From Chiloscyllium plagiosum (lineage: Eukaryota): a DNA stretch of 64,000 bases. The notes under the pieces are model-generated. The model saw only the letters and a list, made by a program, of their open reading frames with translations. It ran no database searches and was not told the origin of the DNA. The first letter of the stretch is position 1, and each line of letters begins with the position of its first letter. The position numbers were made by a program, and so were the translations under genes. The stretch spans positions 46,985,065 through 47,049,064 of the forward strand of contig NC_057730.1 of NCBI RefSeq assembly GCF_004010195.1. The letters run 5' to 3'. This document shows positions 1-12,800 of this stretch, piece by piece.

Positions 1-880
1 AAATCTCTCCTCTCACCTTAAAAATAATGCTCCCTAGTCTTGAAATCCCCCAATCAGACACATGCCATTCACCTTAGCTATACCCATGCTTTTAGAAAGC
101 TTCAAGGCCACCACTCAAAATCCTATACTCCAGTCAAAAACATTCAAGCCTATCCAGCCTCTCCTTTTAACTCTAACTATCCATTCCTGCCAACATCCTA
201 GTAAATCTCTTATGAACCCTTGCCAGCTTAATATTATCCTTCCTCGAACAGGGTGACCAGAACTGGACACAGTATTCCCTAAGAGGCCTCAGCAACATCC
301 TGTACAATCTAAATATGACATTGCAAATCCTATACTCAAATGGGCTGAGCAATAAAGGCAAGTATGCTAAATGTTTTGTTAACCATCCTATATGTGCTGC
401 AAACTTCGATGAATTATGCACCTGAACCCCAAGGTCTCCTGTTCTACCACACTACCCAAGGCCCTACTTTTAAGTTTTGAAGTCCTGCCCTTGTATTTAT
501 CAAGATATCTTGGTAATCTTAGGTTACCTGCTTCACTAGATGACCAACTTTGGTGTTGCCCGCAAACTTATTAACTGTGCCTTTTATATTCTCATTTAAA
601 TCATTTAAACAAATGAAACAAAACTGGACCCAGCACAAATACCTGAGAAGCACTGCTGGAAACAGGCCTCCTGTCTGAAAAACCCCTCCACCACCATTCT
701 GTCCCCTACCATTAAGATAATTTTGTGCCCAATTGACAAACTCTCTCTGAATCCCATGTGATCTCACTTTACTAATTAGTCTACCACACAGAACCTTGTC
801 AAGGGCTTTACTGAAGTCCAAGTAAACAATGTCTTACCCCTCTGCCCCCATTAATCTTTTTGGTTACTTCCTCAGACAAA
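1..880 (-). mobile_element. CR1-type LINE fragment (decayed RT ORF2)
   Basis: Minus-strand remnants MDFSKALDKV..., NKFAGNTKVG (FADD motif), EYCVQFWSP...RFTRMLAG. Confidence 0.85.
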
Positions 881-2615
881 AGACACTCGTTACCCTTGCC
901 TCTTTGACCAAGCTCATGCTTATCTGCCCTCTGACATGATATGATACCACAACTTTTCAGTAGAGCTCCATTAAGAGTCTTAGGGTAAAGGACTACAAAT
1001 CCATGTTTCATTCTCCAAGTGAAATAAAGATTTGATCCAAGTTAAGGCAAGAATATACAAGTTAATTTAACATTGAAGTGGAAATAAAGGATCAATCCAG
1101 TGACAATGAACAAAGCTGGAAAGAGCTCAGTAAGATGGGAAATTGAGACAAGGTACTGCTGAGAAAACAAGCACAATAAAGGAGGTGCTCAAACTTAGAT
1201 TAATCTTTCAAGGTGTTTGCTGATCATCCAACTCAATCTCACATCCCTCAGCGTCATTCCAACAATTCAGTCAATTGAGTCAAGAACTTGCGCATCTTAG
1301 TCCTAAACAACAAACCCCGTTATACATACTTCTAATCATCCTGTTCACAGACATTATGCATAGACTGAGGGTTGGTGGGATCTGAACCTGGACGTTCTGA
1401 CAGAGGTACAGGCACAAAACGTCACCTCAAAAGCCCTCCTGCAGCTTCAACATCTCAGCATCAGGATTAGTGTGTCACAGACCTTTGGATATTCTGAGGT
1501 TATGACCCTGCACAGTCCCTGAAGAATATTTACATTTGATTTGATTTGTACAAACTCTAGGCAATTCATGCTTCATCGTCTTGAACATTCCTCAAGTTAA
1601 ATCTAATGGATATGGTGCACATTCTAAAGTGAAAGATCTTTAAGCAGAGAACAAGCCTCAATACAGTAAAACTTCAGGTTTGGTCTCAAATGCTATGCAT
1701 TATTTTATTAGTTACACTTATGCTCCAATTCCTTGGTAACAAATGCTAACATGCCATTTGCTTTAATTAATTGTTTACTCTAAGTTAACATGGGCAATTA
1801 CATCCAGGAGCCTCACAACAAACATTTCCCAGGGTTTTTAAAACAAGACGTTCTGCCATATTGTATTCTCTTTCATATTCTTGCCCATTCTCAACGTGTA
1901 TCTTTTCTGTAGCCAGCCATTCACGTTTGAGTGTTAAATCAATGTTTTGGAAAATGAAGAGCGGTTATAAAGCAACAGAACTTCTTTGTGGCAGTCTTAG
2001 CCAAGACAGACAGCAGATGAAACGGGTCAAGGATATCAATAAATGAAAGTTTTGTAGACTAAAAATAATAGTTGAGCGAAATTTGTGAAGAAATGGCAAC
2101 ATTTTCACTGCTCCAAAGGGCAAAACATCAATAAAGCCAATCGCCCAATGGAAATATAAACTAAGCATATATCATACAACATAGATCAAAATATTCTTGA
2201 TGGTGGGTATTCAGATTAGTCCCTTTTAGCATCAATTTATTAACTAATTAGAATAAATCAATTAACATGAAGGGTACACAGTGAACTGTGCTCTTCTGGT
2301 CTCAACTTCCAGTCAAGTAGCCACCAGAAAAATTGTTCTTTGGTTATTAATATAGAAAGGCAAGCAACATTAAAAAATAATAAAGTGAACAGACTTGCTA
2401 ACTTAGACAAATCTACACAATATGAAACACTGATTACACATCTTAAGGCAAATCCTCTTCACATCACTGAATACTTTCCCACATTCAGTGGTAGAATACA
2501 GCAATTCTATGACTGCATTTTCTTCTTTGTATACAGGCCTTACATTTGAGTTCTGCATTACTTTAGTCACAACCTAATTATAAAGAAAGCAATACTTTAC
2601 ACTGTCATAACTCAC

Positions 2616-2729
2616 CATTTCTCCACAGAGAGTCTTCCACAGACACAAGCGTTAATCTGCACCAATCCAATTAACTGGAATATTGAAGATTGCATGCACC
2701 ACTTGCAGGTAGATCTAAGAACAGCCGAG
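2616..2729 (-). other. Candidate USP7 cassette exon with premature stop (poison exon), 114 nt, intron 2
   Basis: Branch point CTAAC then tatttcattttag| acceptor; consensus donor AAATG|GTGAGT. Spliced to exon 2 it reads ARLFLDLPASGACNLQYSS* (TAA at 2673-2671). Confidence 0.7.
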
Positions 2730-4669
2730 CTAAAATGAAATAGTTAGAGAACAGAAGAGGACGGTGGGTGGTTTATGTCTGTGTGGAAGATCCTCCTTTA
2801 GAGAAGTGGGAGTTATCACTATCATGTACTATATTCTTTAAATCAGATAATTTGCAGGCATTTTCGCACCATAGATGTACCATTTACAGGACTACAGGCA
2901 AGTGTACATGGAGACAGCATCTTTTTCCAATAGGGAGAGAAGAGTCAATAGTTAAGTACACAAGGACAAAAAACTACAGAAACAAATGTCTGCAAGCTCC
3001 TAGGATTTACTTACCAGCCAATTATTTGTACAAAGTGCATACTGCAGGGGACTGCCACAGCTTTTATTTTACCCAATACTTTTGTTCTCCTTTTTATTGG
3101 CAGAGTACAAAGTCTCTTTAATTATTCTGCATTCTTCTAATACTCAGGTCACCTCAAAAACACAATTTTCACCCCAAGTTATTGAAATTATCTAGGGTCT
3201 TTCAGCATCACTTGTCATTCTTCTTCTGTACATTCTGGTGACATCAAAATTGGGGCTTGAGGAGGAAAACATGGCAAAGCTTTGGTAGTGAGATACAATC
3301 TTCCTGACTTTTTTAAACCTAATATGCTGAAATATGTAGTCCTCATCAAGTTACTTGTTAAGGCCAAAAGAAAAATAAAACATTCCTCCTACCCCTAGTG
3401 GATTATTTAGATCTTGATGAAAGCCCACGTCCAAAACAAGGTTTGTTTTGCACAAGTAATCTTGTGCAGAATGCACAAGGTAAATAAGCTCATTCAACAT
3501 ATGCTCGACTGGACCCCCAGTTATTGCAATTGAGCTCAGTTTCAGAGGTCACAGATACTGATTGCCTCAGTTTTCCCAACATTTTGTCCCTCAGGTTTTA
3601 ACAATGGGTCTAGAACTTAACATTGCTTTGCCATTGTTTATGTTGCATGCTGTGCCTCTACCAAGTTATTGAAGGCCAAAATACATTGATCAAAGACTGC
3701 AGATTTTCAAACAGCTGGAGGTAGCTTCCAATATGTGAGGCACTGAGACTGGTTGAGACAGTTCAGCCACTACACCCACAGCAGTGTTGCGGTTGCACAA
3801 GTGAAAGACATCCACAGATACAGTGAAAAGACAGACCAATTTTGGAAAATGGAAATTGAATAAATGCTACTCCCTCATGTGTTTTTTAGGTTTACATCTT
3901 TAGTTAATGAAGTTAGTAATCCAAAAGAAATGGGGGTGGGTGAAAAAGCAAATTACCATGACAACTTACTCACTTTTACACATTCCCAACTACGTCTGGA
4001 AATAATTGTTCTGTGACTCAGCTCAAAAAGCAGCAGTTTGTCAAAGGACAACACGAATGATACCCAAGTGTCATAAGCTCTTACAAGAAATAGCAATACT
4101 CAATCATCAGTACCACTCATGGAAGGATGAGGAAGTAGTTATGAAGTTTCTTCAGGTTTGGAATTTTGAGAAGTATTGTGCAGAGCAGATTGCTGAATAT
4201 AGTCAAGGCTGAGTTAGACAGATTATTGATCAACAAGGGAGTCAATGATTTTCGGGCTCTGGGGAAAAAAATACAAACAGGAAAATAGAGTTTACTCCCA
4301 AATCAGAGCCACTTAAGAACAGCAGAGTAGGCTTTGCAGTCTGAATGTTCTGGTCTTCCTTGTGTTTCTTACGATCTTATTTCAGGAGACTTAGTCAGTG
4401 ATGCATCGCAAGAAAATGAGGCAAGAAATATCACAGAAGAGTTGCATATATTTTCATAGAAGAACACTTGATTCAACAGTCGTTTTTTGAGCAAGGGGAG
4501 CAGTAGAATGACCTTCTATCACTCATTCTGCTCCAGGGGAATAATCAAAAGTGCTGCAAAACCTGGCTACATTGAAGTGACAAGAAACATTCATGTTGCA
4601 AAGCCTGGATACAATCTCCCACAAATGTTTAACCATGAATGAAATTGAAATTCTTTTCTCCACTCATGT

Positions 4670-4890
4670 GACATGAGCTTTTATTGCCCATCCTTAGTTG
4701 CCCTTGAGGTGATGATGAAGGGCCTCCTTGAACCACTGCAGTCCAAGTGCTGTCGCTAGACCCATAATGCCATAAGGAGGGAACTCCATGACTTTTACCT
4801 CGTGACAGTGAGGGAACGGCAATATATTTCCTAGTCAAGACAGTGAATGACTAGATGGGGAGCTTGCAGGTGGTGGCGTTTCCACATAAA
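4670..4890 (-). mobile_element. Old LINE/SINE 3' tail (gggatgggcaataaa-type)
   Basis: tttattgcccatccttagttgcccttgag motif, with related copies at ~22740, ~39920 and ~46065. Confidence 0.55.
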
Positions 4891-5061
4891 TGCAATTACT
4901 GCTTTCAGTTCAGGAACCAAATATTTGACAATAAGCTCACCTCCTGACTTGCCAAAGCTGCTGCATAATCTTTAAAACAGAAGTCGTAATTCCAATCAAG
5001 TCTTGCTCTCTTGCTCAGACAGGTGCAGCAGCAACATCACAACAGCCTGACAAATCAATTG

Positions 5062-5780
5062 TCCTAGGGAGTGTTGCTGAACAAAGAGACCGCGGAGTGC
5101 AGATTCATAGCTCCTTGAAAGTGGAGTCGCAGGTAGATAGGATAGTGAAGGCGGCGTTTGGTATGCTTTTCTTTATTGGTCAGAGTATTGAGTACAGGAG
5201 TTGGGAGGTCATGTTGCGGCTGTACAGGACATTGCATGCAATATTCCAACAGTGGCCTAACCAGTTCTATCAGAAAGATGTTGTGAAACTTGAAAGGGTT
5301 CAGAAAAGATTTGTGAGGATGTTGCCAGGATTGCAGGATTTGAGCTACAGGGAGAGGCTGAACAGGCTGGGGCTGTTTTTCCTGGAGCTTCGGAGGCGGT
5401 GGGATGACCTTATAGAGGTATACAAAATTATGAGGGTTATGGATAGGATAAATTGACAGTCTTTTCCCTGGGGTTGGGGAGTCCAGAACTAGAGGGCACA
5501 AGTTTAGGGTGAGGGGGGAAAAGATATAAAAGAGACCCAAGGGGCAACTTTTTCATGCAGAGGGTGGTACGTATATGGAATGAGCTGCCAGAGGAAGTGG
5601 TGGAGGCTGGTACAATTGCAACATTTAAAAGACATTTGGATGGGTATATGCATAGGAAGGGTTTGGAGGCATATGGGCTGGGTGCTGGCAAGTGGGACTA
5701 GATTGGGTTGGGATATCTGGTTGGTATGGATGGGTTGGACTGAAGGGTCTGTTTCCATGCTGTACATCTCTATGACTGTG
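5062..5780 (+). mobile_element. 5'-truncated CR1/HER1 LINE 3' end
   Basis: ORF 5097-5456 (QVDRIVKAAFGML...LERVQKRFVRMLPGL) and 3'UTR ending gggtctgtttccatgctgtacatctctatgact. Confidence 0.92.
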
Positions 5781-7729
5781 ACTTTATACACTCCTTCTAT
5801 TGACATAGATCTCACCCATAGCCAAAGCTTCTTCAATGACTAGAGAACCAATTATACTTTCTACCCAAAGGGACATGGCTGAATGTACTGAACATCCAAA
5901 ACACGCACAACCAGTATTCCCACCACCTCCCTCCCTGCCAAGCTACAGCACAAACACTGCCTCCTCCACATTTCACTCCAGCCCACGAAGAATCACCCAG
6001 ACTCAAAACGTTAGCTTGCTCTCTCTATGGATGCTGCCTGACTCACTGTGACCTCCAGCATTTCATGTTTTCAGGCCTGACTTAACACATGGGTCAAAAT
6101 TCTGTAATGTTTGTCTAACATTAAAAACACTTCCATTACATGCTCAACAGCTATCCAGGGCAACTCCCATTTACAATAGCTATGAACAGAAAAATTAGAT
6201 GATCACTCAGCCACTTGAGCCTGCTCTGCTAGTCAATAAAGGTAGAGGTTAAGCAAATTACTCCACATTTTCATCTACCTCTTTCATTCCATCTTATCTA
6301 TAATTTACCTCTCACTTAAAAATATTCAAAAGATGTTACTTCAATCAACTTAAAAAAAAAAAAGGTCCTAAGACATTACCCTTTGAGAAAAACGTTTCCT
6401 GATCCCAATCAGTATCTCTTGTTTTGAAACTGAAGTTCCATATCCCATTACGTATAAAACTACTGCAATGCCTAAATGCAGATCAACAGCATTACTGCTT
6501 AATTGGAACAAAAACTGGACAATTGCCTGATGACAAAAAAAAAAATTGCTGACTTGCGACATGACTGGATAAAGCAGGAAGGAACTCAATGTTCTCTTTA
6601 GTTAGCACCGCAGTAGGCCATATCATCTTTCAAAAGCACTCCCTGCTTTAAGCCAACTCTTTGCCTGACCTGGATTTGCAGATTTTCTTGTAACTGAATA
6701 ATTCTGGCTTTCAAATTCAATGAATAACTACTTTCAAAAACATTAGCACAAGTTTGACAATTCTGAAACTGCACTGAAGATCGGCTAAAACGTCAGTGAC
6801 TTGAGGGGAAACCTCTACTTTACAAATTTCAAATTCAGCACTATAACCAAACCCACTAATGTAGCCCTTAGGGACCAATATTGAGAAGCATCAACTTAGG
6901 GAAAACATTCTTAAAAATATAGTTAAATTTGAAAAAACATTTTTGCAGATTTTCCATAATAAATCTCATCCTATAATGAGGAACAAAGCAAAAGAAAAAA
7001 AAAATCAACAGCAAGACAAATTCAAGGGAAGTACAGTCTTAAACCAGAGGAGGGAAGATCATCTGACCAAAATGCTAGTGCAATGGTGAATTTCTTAAAA
7101 TGCTCATTCCCTCTTCCACCTCCTCTATCAAATAACTGAAATTCCTATTTATATGCAGAAGTTGAATGAATGAGGAAGAATTGAGGAAACTCTCATAACA
7201 TGCTCCAAGTAGGAAAATAATTCCTTGTGACCAGGATTTTTAATCAGAGAGCACCTACCCCATGGGGAGGCATCTTGCTAGAACTGTGTGCAATTCTCAA
7301 TCTTCCGTTTAGCTGCGCAGGCATATAAAACCCACAAGTGTTCATTTGTAGAATATCTGATCTGGAGGAGAATGTGTATAATAAATCTGGTCTTCAAGAA
7401 AGATTTAGCAAAATATAACCAACAGCATTGTTATTAGTCCCATTTTCATCAAAACTGTTGTTCAACCTTAAAAGTTTCACAATAGGTATCAAAACATCCA
7501 AAGCTATTTTAATAATTACTGCTACATATCTAGAATTAAAGACAAAACAGTTCTGCCACCAAACAAAAACAACTTTAGTCACATTTACTATCTTGATTCA
7601 GAATATTAAGTTGGCATATGCATTTGAGATTGTCAATGTATGAAATATGCCTTCAAAAAATTTTTTTGCAAACCTTTACCTAATTCAAAGGAAGTGGAGC
7701 TAACTTCTTTGCTAGGTTTAAAAACTTAC

Positions 7730-7826
7730 TCGTGGATCATCTATTCTCCAAATTTTAGGGAGCTACCGGAAACGGATTTCAAGGAGTTTCAATGTTTCCA
7801 GTTATTCCACCTTTAGTATTATTCAG
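7730..7826 (-). other. Second candidate stop-containing cassette exon, 97 nt, intron 2
   Basis: Acceptor cttttttcccctaaattgttttaag|CTGAATAA, donor CACGA|GTAAGT. In the USP7 frame it reads A-E-stop. Confidence 0.5.
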
Positions 7827-8554
7827 CTTAAAACAATTTAGGGGAAAAAAAGATACTATCAAAACACCAGTTGCAGAGCCTCAGGTTTCATTCCCCAGCA
7901 TTTTGCATTATGTAATAACAAACTAAACCTAGCACATTTGTAAATCAGTCACAATCTATTATTAATCTTCAAGTGGAATACTTCCATGTAACCCATTTCA
8001 AGTACATTTATTCTTGACTGATTTTCTCGTTTGAAAAAGCAAGAACAATCAGAAAATATACATGGAAAGGAGGTCAAAGTGGATGGTATGTCATCTTTTC
8101 ACAGCCAATCACGTGTTACGACATTGTCCAATCAAATGAATTGGAGAAATCCACACCAAGCTGTCAATATTCAGCCCAAATGTATGGAGGTCAAATCAAT
8201 GGCTGCTGCTTAAGCAATCTATTGATGATATTAAAACATCCTGCAGAGGGGGAGGGAGAAAGGAAGTTCAGCTGTGTAACCGGACATTCAAATATCCTTA
8301 AAACAGATATGACAAAATATTTTCATTTCCAGCACAGCCATCACTACTTTGCTATGCAAAAGAATTAGCCACCCAACATAAAACTTAAGCCATGAAGATA
8401 GAAAGTCATTGGTTGGATGTGAAGTCTTAAATAAAATAGTTTCAGTTTATTGTTCGAATAATTTTCCAGAAACATTTTTCAAGTTATGCCTTCTACCAGC
8501 AAACATTTGTAGAGCAAACTTTTGAAAAATAGATGCTAGCCTAACTTAAGACTA

Positions 8555-8740
<186 letters not shown>

Positions 8741-9329
8741 TTACTGCTAAAGGCAACAGGTTTTCACCACAGAATTTGCGTTTTCTTAAGCATTACTCTA
8801 AATTAGGACACTTAACATTTACACTTTTCCTAATAATCTGTAGATCATAACTGCATTGTATGTTTATATCACAAAATAAGGTTACAATTTAAGACTGGGG
8901 AATATTAAAGACATCACAATCAAATTACAGGAAATGCAAAAGCCACATTTGAGGCCGTTTTAAAAAAAGCAAATACCATTCCAACACAAAAAATGACCAT
9001 AACATTTAATTACTAAGAAGAAAGGACAGCAAGTTAGTCAGTGTGCCACTATTTGGTTTACACTGTGCACTGAAGTGTTTTATTCTCACTTCAATATTAC
9101 TTCTAAAGAACAGCCGTGTAGCAAGGTAGCAGATGGCACTAAAAAATGCTGGATAGCAGTAATTTCCTATTGCAGTAACTTCTTGATATGTAATCAGAGG
9201 CCAGGCTAGAAGGAAAGTCAACTCTCTGAACTCACGTTACTAACGAACTATGATTTGCAATACCATAACCCCATTGAAATCAGTTCTGAAATAAAAACAA
9301 GTATCACTATCTCCATTCCTCTCTAAATT

Positions 9330-9810
9330 TAGGAAGAACTTATATGCATTGGAGGCAGATCAGAGGATGCTTACAAGAATCATAACTGAATGAGCAAGTT
9401 GCCTCAAAAAAGACTGGACAGGCTGAGCTCCTTTCCACTGGAGTGTAGAAGAGTAAGTGATTTGATTGAACTCCATGAGGTCTTGAGGGTGGACATGGAA
9501 AGAATGTTTCCTTATCAGAGTCAGTCGAGAACTAGGACGTATGATTTTAAAATTAGGGATACCCTTTTAAGATAGAGATGAGATTATCCCTCCTCACAGC
9601 TTGTGCTACTTTGGTACTCTGACTCAAGGTCATGGGGTCAAGGTCACTTTTTAAATAAAAGACAGAGCTACATAAATTCTGGTTAGGCAAGGGAATCAAA
9701 AATCGTCAGGGATAAATGGTAATGTGGAATTTAGAACACAACAGATCAGCCAAGACCTTGAATGTCAGAGATTGCTCACGGGGTCAAATTGACTACTTGA
9801 GCCCCATAAA
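9330..9810 (+). mobile_element. Old CR1 LINE 3' fragment
   Basis: Decayed LDRLSSFPLECRR..DLIE..ERMFP motif and CR1-like 3'UTR. Confidence 0.7.
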
Positions 9811-12800
9811 AACAAGTATGGACGTAAAACTAGTACAGCAAAATATTTTCCAAATTGAGCTGGAAAACTTGTAATATGGAAAATAATCACTTGAACAACT
9901 TTATCACTTGGGTTTGGTTTCCTCTTTGAACACTGGGTTGTCAAGAAAATTATGGGAAGAAAAATCTTCCTAGAAGACTACGGCTTACAATAGCTACCAT
10001 AAATTATGGACTAGATTTGTTAACACTATTAACCTAAAAATCACACTTGCCAGTACTTCCAAGGAGCAGAACCACATGCAACTTGGAGTTGTATAGAATT
10101 GACAACTACATAATTCTAGTCCCAAGTTTTTAAGACAGGGAAAAAATAAGAGGCAGTAAACTGAAATATGTGGTAACAGCAGCCTAACTGCAGAAGATTC
10201 TGCCTTTTACTTGCAGACAGTTCTAAGCAAATCTGAAAGCAATAAACTCCTGATTAACCCAGAACCTTACTCCACCTTCAAATAGAAGGAAGAGACTTCT
10301 AGGTCTGACTGCACTGTATTTCACTCAAAATCAAAACACAGGTTTACTGAAAGTAGTTTCCTTAAAACTTATGGTTCACATTCATCCAACTGTAGACATC
10401 AACACTTCATGAGCTTTGTAGTAAGTAATCAGCAAAGAAAGCAAGTATGAAAAATGTGAATGACATTTGTGACACTTTCACTGTGCATTTCATTACAAAG
10501 AGGTGGCTCGTAAAATACGGTGTTAGATCAATGATGTCCTTAAATGCATTTGTAGCAAAAACAGACCCAGTAACACAGACCGAGGCAGCTACGCAGGGGA
10601 AGCTCTCAAGACATACCAAACCTGATTGTGAATGGTTGACAAGATGTCTTCTATAGACCAGTTTATCCTTCCCAGCAAAATGATCCGGAAAGATTCTAGG
10701 CTCAGCATGGATGGTGTTGCCTGGTGAGAGCTTCCAATTGATAAATACAAGCTTTTTTTCCCCAGGGGGTGGTGAGCACAGCAAGATCCCACTTCAGCCC
10801 CATCAACCTGGGCTAATGTACCTCTGCCATACCCTCTTCTCCCACTCTGCGCCCAGACATATTGGTTTGCCCCCAGGGAAGCAGGTTCCTCCTGAACCAA
10901 TGCAACAGACACTTAATAGGGTCGCTTTGCAAGACCTCAACTCAGACAGTGCTAACAGCGGTCACAAAGGCTGATCAATTGCTCTTTGATGTGAGGACAC
11001 CACCTCTTGACTTGCACAGAAGAGCAGAATAGGCCATTTGGGCATGCAATTTCACTCCACCATTCAGTATGATCATGGCTGATCATCCAACTTACCACCA
11101 TACTAGAACTTCTATTCTGAACCACTCCAAGCACACTAAAGAGAGATTAGTTTAGTTTGGGATTAGGGTTGTCATGTACTGGATGGACCAAAGGGTGTGT
11201 TTCCATGCTGTAGGACTGTAAGAACTCTATCAGTAAACTAAGTCATTCTTGAACAATGTACCTAATTTGCACATAAAACTAACAGTAAATTAGATAATTA
11301 TTGTTTCGTAATTAAGGGAGAATAATACAAGACATGAAATGGTGTAACTGGATCTTTTACTTCAAGCAGCTCAGATATCGCATCGGAATTGAATGACAGA
11401 ACCATAGGGAGACAATGTAGCACTTGTCATCGATTTAGGTGTTAAGTCCAAACAGCGCACTCAAGTCCTTTAGATGAGCTGGAAGCTAACCTTCTGGTTC
11501 AGACAATCAACCAAATTAAAAACCTGAAAGGACTGCTTCTTTGTGAACAGAAAGGGATGTCTGTATGTGCTTTGCAAGACACATCCCAGGCTCAAAAGGG
11601 AAAATAAAAGTTCACCTGCACATTTGATAATGATAAATTGCAACATAGAAATTAATATTAAACAAATCAGCAACAGCAAACTGAATGACAATTGGGGTCT
11701 AGCCAGTGCACAAATGCCACAATAGCACACCAACTAAAATTTTAATTAATTGGTAGCCATAATTTGTGAAATGCAGAGAATGACTAATTCTCATCACTAA
11801 ACCTTGGCTGAGCAGAAAGCACCAGTTGGCTTTAGATGCTACATAAAAACAGTAACTATGTGAAAACAGAAGAAGTCTTTCCTTGCAGATAGTGACAAAA
11901 GAAGCAACTGCACTGTGTATTATGGTTACATAACAGATCAAAAACAACTTTTCCTGATGGTTCTAAAGCAGCCAAAACAACAAAATATATTCTACAGCCT
12001 ATTTAGTCGGATTGCTGTGTCATGGGCTTACAAATGCTTTTGTTGCCAAATGCAAACTGCCTATTTAGGCAGATATCCTTACTTTGTTACATTGAACAGT
12101 AAAGCAATGATCCAAGTGATACTGCCCTTTCAGGAAAGTAATGTGTGAAGGACAAAATTCCAACACTAACTTCCAGAGGGAAATGAAACAATTTAAGACA
12201 GTTTAATCCCTAAACTGTCCTTAAAGAATGCCTTAACCATGCAAAAATCAATAAGGTATGTTAATCAACAAGTCAAATCACTAGCCTTTAAGCATACAAT
12301 TACTGAAATTTAGTCTTTTGCACCAGTGCCATTACTTCAAATCCTCTGAGTCATTGTCCATTTTTTTCAAGTATTTTATCTTTGAGGTATTATGGCTTCT
12401 AACACAAAGTTATTGCGAGATATATTCTAATGTTCATTTGTCCAGCTACATGCATTAAGAGACAATGCAGCTTCTTGTATGGCCCTCATTAAATGTTTTT
12501 CTAAAATGTATGCAATTCCTTTTGGCTAATGATCAAGTCTGAAACTCCTTGTTATTAATTAAACAGGGGAAAGACTTGCATCATATTCATATAGAACATT
12601 GAACAGTAATTCCTTCTTAAAACTTCATACTCTTTCAAGGATATCCATGAGCATGTTTCCTTTACTTTTTATTTCTGCTGGAGGAAAATTGAACCTTGGT
12701 TCAGAAGTAAACCTCTTTTATTCAAAGATATAAAAGAGCAAAACGGATAGATGGAAATGAGACATAATAATCAAAACATATACAATAGTAACAAGTCAAA

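Noticed and set aside
3965-4000. Tandem donor GTGAGTAAGT with nearby ttccag on the minus strand
   Set aside because: Weak acceptor and weak exonic donor context; consistent with chance.
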